The notes under the pieces: model-generated | Told to the model about the DNA's origin: nothing | The model's database searches: none | Seen by the model: only the letters and a program-made list of their open reading frames with translations | Source of the DNA: Planctomycetota bacterium | Lineage (GTDB): Bacteria; Planctomycetota; UBA1135; GCA-002686595 | NCBI GenBank assembly: GCA_002686595.1 | Contig: NYXZ01000127.1 | Span: 2,702-66,701, forward strand | Reading direction: 5' to 3' | Length of the DNA stretch: 64,000 bases | Part shown: positions 29,725 through 37,334 of the stretch, one piece after another | Position numbering within the stretch: the first letter of the stretch is position 1 | Layout of the letters: each line of letters begins with the position of its first letter | Translations under genes and position numbers: made by a program

Positions 29725-30573
29725 ATGAACAAGGATCTGATCAAAGAACGCCTGGGCGAGAAGCTCGAACTGCCCTCCCTGCCGGCGGTCGTCCAGCGCG
29801 TGAACGCCCTGATCGAGGACCCGACGGCGGGCATGCGAGAAGTTGGGGCGGCCATCGGTCTTGACCCGCCCCTGACCGCCAAGCTGCTGCGTATCGTAAA
29901 CAGCGCCTACTACGGCCTCAGCGTGCCCGTGGTTTCCGTGGAGCACGCGGCCTCAATCCTCGGCATTCGCGGTCTGCGCACGCTGCTGCTGCGCGTTTCT
30001 GTTTACGACATCTTCGCTCACCTGCACGATCACCCGGAGTTCGATGTGCGCGGGCTCTGGAAGCATTCGGTTCTGACGGCCCAGTTGACCGGGGCTACGG
30101 CGGCCCGCACACGGATTCGCTCGGATGTGAGCACTGACGAGCTCTATGTCTGCGGCCTGCTCCATGACATCGGCCAGTTCCTGATGATCGAGCACGTGGG
30201 AGACGAGTTCATCGAGGCCTGGAATCGGGCTCGGGAACGGGGAACGTCGCCGGTGGCAGCCGAGCGCGAGGTGCTCGGTTTTAGCCACACGGATCTGGGC
30301 GCCATGCTGGCCCGGCGCTGGTCCCTTCCGACACATGCAATCCAGGCCATCCGCTTTCATCACGACATGCGCCGAGCAGCCCCGGCGGAGCCCGTGGTGG
30401 CCCTGGTGGCCATGGCGAATATCCTGGCCCGGGCGGCTGCTGATGATGCGGGACCGCGGGGCGTGTGCCGCCGCGCGGGGCCGGCCCTCCTGGATTGCTT
30501 GAGCCTCGATAAGCGGGGCGTAGAGGAGCTGATCGAGACTGGGCGCAAGATGCTGCCGGATATCCGCGTCTGA
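29725..30573 (+). CDS. HDOD domain-containing signalling protein
   Basis: LPSLPAVVQRVNALIEDPTAGMREVGAAIGLDPPLTAKLLRIVNSAYYGL is the canonical HDOD opening. It is followed by LLHDIG and FSHTDLG. Confidence 0.8.
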   Translation: MNKDLIKERLGEKLELPSLPAVVQRVNALIEDPTAGMREVGAAIGLDPPLTAKLLRIVNSAYYGLSVPVVSVEHAASILGIRGLRTLLLRVSVYDIFAHLHDHPEFDVRGLWKHSVLTAQLTGATAARTRIRSDVSTDELYVCGLLHDIGQFLMIEHVGDEFIEAWNRARERGTSPVAAEREVLGFSHTDLGAMLARRWSLPTHAIQAIRFHHDMRRAAPAEPVVALVAMANILARAAADDAGPRGVCRRAGPALLDCLSLDKRGVEELIETGRKMLPDIRV

Positions 30574-30742
30574 GCGCGGGTAGCTGAGACACGCCCCAGG
30601 CTCCAGGTCACCAGGCGCTCCCGGTGTGGCTTGAAAGTCCAGGCGCCAATGGCCAGCTTCCCCTGTGGGCAGCTCCACCTGTGGTCAGTTCCCACTGGGA
30701 AGTGACTGGAGCAGGGCGGGGGCTGGGCGCTACCCTCTGGCC

Positions 30743-32119
30743 ATGGCCGACACCCCGCGCATTATCCAACCCAGAACGCTGAAGGGCTTCCGGGACATCC
30801 TGCCGGCCACCATGCTGGCTCGCGAGGAACTCCTGGAGCAGGTGCGCGGTGTTTTTCGTGCCCACGGCTACTGCCCCTTTGATACGCCAGCCCTGGAGTA
30901 CACGGAAATCCTGCTCGGCAAGGGCAGCGCCGAAAACGACCGCCAGATGTACCGCTTCACGGACAACGGTGGCCGCGATGTGGCCCTGCGCTTTGACCTG
31001 ACCGTGCCCCTGGCGCGTTTCATTGCCCAGCACGCCGGCGGTTTGGGTGTGCCTTTCCGGGGCTATCACATCGGCAGCGTCTGGCGCGGAGAGAACACCC
31101 AGCGCGGCCGCTATCGCGAGTTCATGCAGTGCGACTTCGACGCCATCGGCACGGAGAGCGTCGTGGCGGATGTGGAGACCCTGGTCGTGATCAACGACTT
31201 GCTGGATGCCCTGGGCGTGGGGGAATTCACTATCCGCATCAACAGCCGTGAAATCCTGGCCGGTGTACTGGAGGGGGCTGGCTTGGCGGAACGCGCCGTA
31301 CCCCTGCTGCGGGCCTTGGACAAGCTGGACAAGATCGGCCGTGATGGCGTGGCGACGGAAATGATGGCGGAGGCCGGGGTGGACGCGGGACAGGCAGATA
31401 CCGTGCTTTCTCTGGCGGAACTCGACGGAAGTGCGGGGGAGGTCCTGGCTGGTCTGGCGGAACTCGTCGTCGATAACGAGGGCGGGCAGAGGGGCCTGGC
31501 ACGCCTGGGGGAAATCATCGCCGCGGCCAAGGCAGCGGGAGTGGCGGATTCGCGTTTGGCGGTTGCGCCGGCCATCGCCAGGGGGCTCGACTACTACACT
31601 GGCGTCGTCTTCGAAACCACCTTGGACGAGCTAGAGGACATCGGCAGCGTCTGTTCCGGTGGACGCTACGACGACTTGGCGGGGCTTTACACCAAGCAAC
31701 GTCTGCCGGGGGTCGGAGCTTCCCTGGGCCTGGACCGACTGCTGGCGGCCATGGACGAGTTGGGCCAACTGCCCGCCCGCAGTACCGCGGCGCCGGTCTT
31801 CATCGCCCTCTTCGATCCCGAACGCCTGCACGAGTACTTGGGCCTGGCCGCTGAGTTGCGCCGAGCGGGCATCGGCTGCGAGGTTCACACGGAGGCCAAG
31901 AAACTCGGCGCACAGCTGAAGTACGCCGATCGCCGAGGTTTCCAACTGGCCCTGGTGATGGGGGAACGCGAGTGGGAACGCGGCATCTGCCAAGTGAGGA
32001 CCCTGGCCAGTGGTGACAAATGTGAGCTCGAGCTGAAAACCCTGGCCCAGGATTTGGGGCGGCTGCTGGGGGAACCCAGGGCTGGCTCCCGCTTCACCAC
32101 TGACTCCACTGCGAGCTGA
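30743..32119 (+). CDS. hisS: Histidine--tRNA ligase
   Basis: The ATG at 30743 gives MADTPRIIQPRTLKGFRDILP. Class II motifs YHIGSVWRGENTQRGRYREFMQCDFD and GGRYDDL are present, plus an anticodon-binding C-terminus. Confidence 0.95.
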   Translation: MADTPRIIQPRTLKGFRDILPATMLAREELLEQVRGVFRAHGYCPFDTPALEYTEILLGKGSAENDRQMYRFTDNGGRDVALRFDLTVPLARFIAQHAGGLGVPFRGYHIGSVWRGENTQRGRYREFMQCDFDAIGTESVVADVETLVVINDLLDALGVGEFTIRINSREILAGVLEGAGLAERAVPLLRALDKLDKIGRDGVATEMMAEAGVDAGQADTVLSLAELDGSAGEVLAGLAELVVDNEGGQRGLARLGEIIAAAKAAGVADSRLAVAPAIARGLDYYTGVVFETTLDELEDIGSVCSGGRYDDLAGLYTKQRLPGVGASLGLDRLLAAMDELGQLPARSTAAPVFIALFDPERLHEYLGLAAELRRAGIGCEVHTEAKKLGAQLKYADRRGFQLALVMGEREWERGICQVRTLASGDKCELELKTLAQDLGRLLGEPRAGSRFTTDSTAS

Positions 32120-32129
32120 GGAATAGAGC

Positions 32130-32732
32130 ATGCCGGGCTGGGTTCCGAATCTGATCTCTGTCGCGCGCTTGGCCCTGCTGCCGGTCTTTCTGGTCATGGC
32201 CCAGGAGACCGTCGCGGCCTTTGCGAGCGGCGAGCAGCAGGATGTGGTGCGAGGCCGAGTCTCCTGCACTGCGGTCTTGGTTCTGATCTGGCTATCCGAC
32301 CTGTTGGATGGTTATGTCGCACGGCGCTTCGATCTGACCAGCAAGGCCGGAGCGATTCTCGACGCCATCATCGACAAGCTTGTGCAACTGGGATTGGTGA
32401 CCTTGTTCGCCTTCGACCACGGCGCCGCCTTTCCCACCATGCCGCTCTGGTTCGTCGCCTCGATTTACGGCCGGGATCTGGTGATCCTCTACGGCAGCCT
32501 GCGCGTACGTCAACTCAAGGGCGAGATAGATCCCTCCCACCGCTTTCACGGACGCCTTTCAACGGGTTGCGTGCTGGCGGCGATCCTGGCCACCACATTG
32601 AGCGCTCCGGCGAGTTGGTTGACGCCCCTGTTGGTCTGCGGTTCCCTCTCCTCGCTGATCAGCGTGGTTGGCTACATCCAGGTGGGGCGCGAGCAGGTGC
32701 GCCAACTTGGGGCAAATCAGGGCAAGAAGTAG
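32130..32732 (+). CDS. CDP-alcohol phosphatidyltransferase family protein
   Basis: DLLDGYVARRFDLTSKAGAILDAIIDKL matches D-x2-DG-x2-AR-x8-G-x3-D-x3-D. The protein is multi-TM and 200 aa long. Confidence 0.8.
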   Translation: MPGWVPNLISVARLALLPVFLVMAQETVAAFASGEQQDVVRGRVSCTAVLVLIWLSDLLDGYVARRFDLTSKAGAILDAIIDKLVQLGLVTLFAFDHGAAFPTMPLWFVASIYGRDLVILYGSLRVRQLKGEIDPSHRFHGRLSTGCVLAAILATTLSAPASWLTPLLVCGSLSSLISVVGYIQVGREQVRQLGANQGKK

Positions 32733-33952
32733 ATACTGAAGCCGTCGGATAGATTGAAGCCTGCTCCTCCGGCATCCGGATCGCGGTACCAGGTTTGAAA
32801 GTTCCAGGTTGATCCGGCGTTCAATGTGCCTGCCGCGGACGGCGGCGAAGTGCTGTCCACGGGACAGAGCAGCGTTCCCGTGGCATCGGCTGCGACCGGC
32901 GGGTAGAGGCGGAAGGTGCCCAGAACGCCGGCCCCCACGCAGCGGAAGCCGTCGCCGAAGGGGAAGAGGATTTGCTCTGGCCCATAGTAGAACAGACCCA
33001 GTTGGGACTGTGCCACTGGGCCGGCGGCTAGCACCAGATCGTTCTGGCTCAAACGGGAAGAGCCGCTGGCCGACATGGGAGCCGGAGACCCCGTGGAGTT
33101 CTGAGCGGCGATGCAGTAGTTGCTGCCCACGGCGTCGCTGGTGATGAAGATGCTCAGGTCATAGTCATTACAGTCACTGGCGGAGAAGTCGAAGACGAAG
33201 GCCTGCAAGTAGACAGCGGTGGCGCTGCCCGTGTCGTTTGACCAGGTGAGGGCTTCGTTGTTGTTCTGGGTGACCGAGAGGGCCAACAGGTTGCCGCCGC
33301 AGGCAGCGAAGAGCTTGAGATCCAGATCACCAAAGGCGTGGGCAAACCCCAGCCCGGCATCGATGGAGAAACCGGCCGGGATCGTACAGCGGTACCAGTC
33401 GTCGTCGGTTTTTACCAGGTGCAGGTCAGCCCAGTAGCCGGCGTCGGGTGTGCCGAGCTCCGTGGGGCGCGCGCAACTGTCGTTGTCCTCGAAGCCGTCG
33501 TCCACCAGGCCCGCGCAGGGATTGGTGGAAGGTGTGATGGCAATGTCCAGTTCGTAGTCGTTACAAGTGAAGGCCAGGCCGTAGCCGCTGACGCGCAGCA
33601 CCATCTCCGTGGGGGCCGTGCCGTAGTGGGTTGTGCTGACCTCTTCGTCATCGGTGATGGACTGGGAGGCATCGAGGATGTCAGTGCAGGTGCTGTCGCT
33701 GAGAACCAGATCGATATCACCGGCCGCATGGGTGAAGCGGCAGGTGATCGTGATCTCGGAGGCCGCCGGCACCGCTAGGCGATAGTAGTCATCGTCTCCG
33801 GCGCGTACTGCCAAGGTCGTGGTGGTCCCAACTGTTAGGGCGGCGGCCGTCGCGCAAGTGTCGTTGTCTTCCCAGACATCATCCCCGGTTCCCCCGGAGC
33901 ATTGGATTGGAGACAGGCAGAGGAGCAGGGCGGCGGAGAGCATGGCCGCCAT
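32717..33952 (-). CDS. Exported protein: two PPC (pre-peptidase C-terminal)-like domains + unrecognised ~130-aa C-terminal module
   Basis: It has a signal peptide. Two units match the PPC pattern: EDNDTCATAAAL...DDDYYRLAVPA and EDNDSCARPTEL...DDDWYRCTIPAG. The C-terminal module (aa 278-411, NYCIAAQNSTG...WNFQTWYRD...) is shared with the 952-aa protein at 37335..40193. Confidence 0.7.
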   Translation of the reverse strand: MAAMLSAALLLCLSPIQCSGGTGDDVWEDNDTCATAAALTVGTTTTLAVRAGDDDYYRLAVPAASEITITCRFTHAAGDIDLVLSDSTCTDILDASQSITDDEEVSTTHYGTAPTEMVLRVSGYGLAFTCNDYELDIAITPSTNPCAGLVDDGFEDNDSCARPTELGTPDAGYWADLHLVKTDDDWYRCTIPAGFSIDAGLGFAHAFGDLDLKLFAACGGNLLALSVTQNNNEALTWSNDTGSATAVYLQAFVFDFSASDCNDYDLSIFITSDAVGSNYCIAAQNSTGSPAPMSASGSSRLSQNDLVLAAGPVAQSQLGLFYYGPEQILFPFGDGFRCVGAGVLGTFRLYPPVAADATGTLLCPVDSTSPPSAAGTLNAGSTWNFQTWYRDPDAGGAGFNLSDGFSIYFLP

Positions 33953-33986
33953 TGTGCCACTGGGGGGGCCGTCCGGAAGCCCCTTG

Positions 33987-35732
33987 CTAGCGTTTCAAGG
34001 CTTGGCCCGCGCCCTGGCGTAGGGTGTGCGAGCGATCCACCTCTAGCGGGCCAAAGACCTCTGCCTGGCCCTCGATCCAGTGCACGGTCACGGAGGCGGC
34101 CTGGCTCGCGCTGCCCAAGCCGAAGTGGACCCGGGGGTCGTGGCTGGCGCAGTAGCTGTAGGCCACTTGGACGCCGCGCCACTGAGTGGGCCGCTGCCCG
34201 GCGGCGGGACCGGGTAACTCCACCCTGGCACCCACGGCGTCAAAACCATGGGCATCCAAGACACGCAGCTGCAGGAAGTGTCCCTGGTCCGGGGCCGTAT
34301 TCTCCAACAGGCGCACGGGCCCGTCGTTATCAACCACTAGCACATCGATGTCCCCGTCTCCGTCCATGTCGCCGTAGGCCGTGGCGCGCGTGTTGTGCAC
34401 CAAGGGCACGGCCACTCCGCCCCGGGGCAGGACTTCCTCGAAACCGCCTCCGGGCAGGCCCCGGAAGAGCAGGTTCGGTTCGGCGTAGCGATCCACCGTG
34501 TCGTATTCGGGCATCCAGATTCCAACGCGGCCATTGGCCACATAGGTGTCCCGCTCTCCATCGTGGTTGAAATCGGCGAAGCCCATGCCCCAGCCGGTGA
34601 AACGAATGCTGGGGCCGCCGAGGCCCGTCAGTGAAGTCTTGTCGCTGAAGAAACCGCCGCGGTTCACATAGCAGGTGTTGGTTTCATCCCGCAGGTGGGT
34701 CATGAAGAGATCCATGTCGCCGTCGTTCTCGATGTCCACGGCGGCCACGCCCATGCCGGCCTCGGCGGTGCCGTTCATGTTGACCGCGCATCCCGCGAGC
34801 AGGGCTTCGTCCTTGAAAGTGCCGTCACCCTGGTTCATCCAGAGCTGGTTTGCCAGGAGATCGTTGGCCACATACACATCCGGGTAGCCATTGGCGTCGA
34901 AGTCAGCCACGGCGACGCCCAGGCCGTTGCCGAAGTTCTCGGTCAGGCCCGCGCGCCGGGAGACATCGGTGAAGTGCCCGTTGCCGTCGTTTTCGTAGAG
35001 CAGGTCAGAAGTGGGGGAGTTGTAGTTGTTCGGGTGACAGTAATCCCGGTCTCCGTAGTGGGAGCGGCAGGGGATTTCCACGCCGGGGGACCAGTTGACG
35101 TAGTTGGCCGCAAACAGATCCAGATCTCCATCGCGGTCGTAATCCAGGAAGGCACAGGAAGTCGTCCAGCCTTCGTGTTCGAGATCAGAAGCAGCGCTGA
35201 CATCGGTGAATGAGCCATCGCCGTTGTTGCGGTAGAGGACATTGCGGCCCACATTCGAGACGAACAGGTCCTGGTCTCCATCGCCGTCCGTGTCTCCCAC
35301 GGCGAAGCCCATGCCGTAGCCAGCATCACCGACGCCGGCTTCCTCGGTCACATCGGCGAATGAGCCGTCGCCCTTTCCGCGGTAAAGGCGATTGCCCGGG
35401 AAGGGCTGGTCAGCCAGTTCCGCGGGTACCTCATCCGGTACGAGGACGGCGGACTGCACCAGGTAGATGTCCAGGTGCCCGTCGCCGTTGTAGTCCAGAA
35501 ACCCACCGCCCCCGGCGGCGATCTCGGGAAACCAGAAGCGCTTGGGCAGGCCCCGCAGGTGTACAAAATCCAGGCCGCGTTCGGCGGCAACCTCCTTGAA
35601 CCAGGGGGCGGAGGCATTGGCGTTCTGGTTCGCTGAGTTGGCGGAGCCAGCCGAGTCCGTGCCGCAGGCAGCGGCCAGCAGGAGGATGGGCAGTGCGTGG
35701 AAGGCTGACTTTCGCATGGGGTTTGACTGCAT
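33987..35732 (-). CDS. CRTAC1-family lipoprotein (FG-GAP/VCBS repeats + ASPIC/UnbV C-terminal domain)
   Basis: Lipobox LLAAAC. There are repeated DxDGDGxxD calcium-type loops: YNGDGHLDIY, DTDGDGDQDLF, DYDRDGDLDLF, DMDGDGDIDVL. The C-terminal segment ends ...DPRVHFGLG.... Confidence 0.85.
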   Translation of the reverse strand: MQSNPMRKSAFHALPILLLAAACGTDSAGSANSANQNANASAPWFKEVAAERGLDFVHLRGLPKRFWFPEIAAGGGGFLDYNGDGHLDIYLVQSAVLVPDEVPAELADQPFPGNRLYRGKGDGSFADVTEEAGVGDAGYGMGFAVGDTDGDGDQDLFVSNVGRNVLYRNNGDGSFTDVSAASDLEHEGWTTSCAFLDYDRDGDLDLFAANYVNWSPGVEIPCRSHYGDRDYCHPNNYNSPTSDLLYENDGNGHFTDVSRRAGLTENFGNGLGVAVADFDANGYPDVYVANDLLANQLWMNQGDGTFKDEALLAGCAVNMNGTAEAGMGVAAVDIENDGDMDLFMTHLRDETNTCYVNRGGFFSDKTSLTGLGGPSIRFTGWGMGFADFNHDGERDTYVANGRVGIWMPEYDTVDRYAEPNLLFRGLPGGGFEEVLPRGGVAVPLVHNTRATAYGDMDGDGDIDVLVVDNDGPVRLLENTAPDQGHFLQLRVLDAHGFDAVGARVELPGPAAGQRPTQWRGVQVAYSYCASHDPRVHFGLGSASQAASVTVHWIEGQAEVFGPLEVDRSHTLRQGAGQALKR

Positions 35733-37196
35733 TCAGGGCATGGCCGCGATGCGGGCGGCGAGGGTCTGGGTCTTCTGGTCGGCCACATCAAGCCCGGCGC
35801 CGTAGTCCGGATTCAGGCGCTGGGCCGCCGCCAGTGCTGCTTGCGCCTCCCGTTTGCGATTGGTGCGCACGCAGATTATGCCCAGTGATACTTGGCTGGC
35901 CAGGTTGTCCGGTTCGATGCCCACGGAGGTTTGGAAGTGTGCGAGGGCCTCATCGGTGAGCCCCAACCGGATGCAGATCTCAGCCAGGAAGTCATAGACA
36001 TCGGCCTTGCGCGGGTCCAGGCGCACGCAGGTCTTGAGGGCGTCGTAGGTCTCCTCCAAACGCGCGCCCTTGACCAGTATCAGAGCCCGGATGAAGTGCG
36101 CGCGGCCCACCTTGGGGGCCAGCTCAATGGCGCGGTTGACATGGGTTTCGGCTTCGGGCAAACGGCCCATGTCGTTGTAGCAACTGGCCAGGTTGAGCCA
36201 GATGGCGAACTCAGAGGGCTTGAGCGTCAGGGCCTTGTCGAGCATGACGCGCGCCTGTTCCAACTGGGCCAGCTTGATGTGGGCCGCCGCCAGGTTGACC
36301 ATCACTGTGGTGTCTTGTGGCCTTGAGCGGTGCAGGGCGCCGAGGATCCCGACGGCTTCCTGGGCCCGGCCGGATTCGATCAGCTCCACGGCGTTTTCGA
36401 TGCGCCCCACGAAGTTCACTGTGTATCGGGAGAGCTCCTCGGAGAGCTCATCGGGTAGATAGCGCGTGGAGCTGAACTCCCACTGCATGCCCTTGGCCAG
36501 GGCCACCTCGGCTTCCTCGCGGCGCCCTAGGGCGCGCAGGGCCATGCCCAGGGAATACTGCACAGGGCCGTAATCCGGATCCAAGTCCCGGGCCTTTTCC
36601 AGTTGTTCCAGGGCACCGTTGAAGTCGTCCAGGCGCAGCAGGCACTCGCCCAGGCCCAGGTAACCCTCGAGGCGATTCTTGGCCATGGCAATCACGGCCC
36701 GGTACTCGATCATGGCCGCTTCGGTCTCGCCGGCCTGAAGCAAGGCGCGGCCCAGGCGCTGGCGCGCGGCCCTCATAGTGGGGTCGTCGGCCACTAATTC
36801 ACGGAGCTGGAGCAGTCCGCCCTCCACATCCCCGGCCTGGCGCAGGCAAATAGCCCAGTGCAGGCGGTAGGCGGCCCGGGCGGGCTCTAACTCGACGGCG
36901 TTGCTGAAGCTGCGTTCCGCCTCGTCCCACATCTTGTTGGCCTCGTAGACCAAGCCGATGGTGGCGTGGGCAGCGGCGTCACTGGGGTCCTTGCGAGCCC
37001 GTTCCAACTTGGCTTCGAGGATCTCATAGACCTCCGCGTCCATGCCGGCGGTGTCCTCGGGCACCACCGGCGCGGGAGGCGGAAAAAGGAGGCCCCAGGC
37101 CTGCCAGAGCAAGATGGCCACCAGGACCAGGGGCCACAGCGGGCGCTTGGTTTTCGGGGCTGTGGGCGACTTAGGAGCTGATGGCTGCTTTCCCAT
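35733..37196 (-). CDS. Membrane-anchored tetratricopeptide-repeat protein
   Basis: An N-terminal TM (LWPLVLVAILLWQAWGLLF) is followed by about ten 34-residue TPR-like units with an A..Y..A....P pattern. Its stop abuts the CRTAC1 start codon. Confidence 0.85.
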   Translation of the reverse strand: MGKQPSAPKSPTAPKTKRPLWPLVLVAILLWQAWGLLFPPPAPVVPEDTAGMDAEVYEILEAKLERARKDPSDAAAHATIGLVYEANKMWDEAERSFSNAVELEPARAAYRLHWAICLRQAGDVEGGLLQLRELVADDPTMRAARQRLGRALLQAGETEAAMIEYRAVIAMAKNRLEGYLGLGECLLRLDDFNGALEQLEKARDLDPDYGPVQYSLGMALRALGRREEAEVALAKGMQWEFSSTRYLPDELSEELSRYTVNFVGRIENAVELIESGRAQEAVGILGALHRSRPQDTTVMVNLAAAHIKLAQLEQARVMLDKALTLKPSEFAIWLNLASCYNDMGRLPEAETHVNRAIELAPKVGRAHFIRALILVKGARLEETYDALKTCVRLDPRKADVYDFLAEICIRLGLTDEALAHFQTSVGIEPDNLASQVSLGIICVRTNRKREAQAALAAAQRLNPDYGAGLDVADQKTQTLAARIAAMP

Positions 37197-37334
37197 GGTG
37201 AAAGCCTACACCACCGGGGCTGCTTGCTCCTATGCCGCAGTGTCTTACGGCACGGCCGCAGGCGAAAAGAAAGGGCGGCGCCCCCTCCGCGTTGGAGGGG
37301 ACGCCGCCCGTGGCTTGTCAGGATGAGAGGGTTC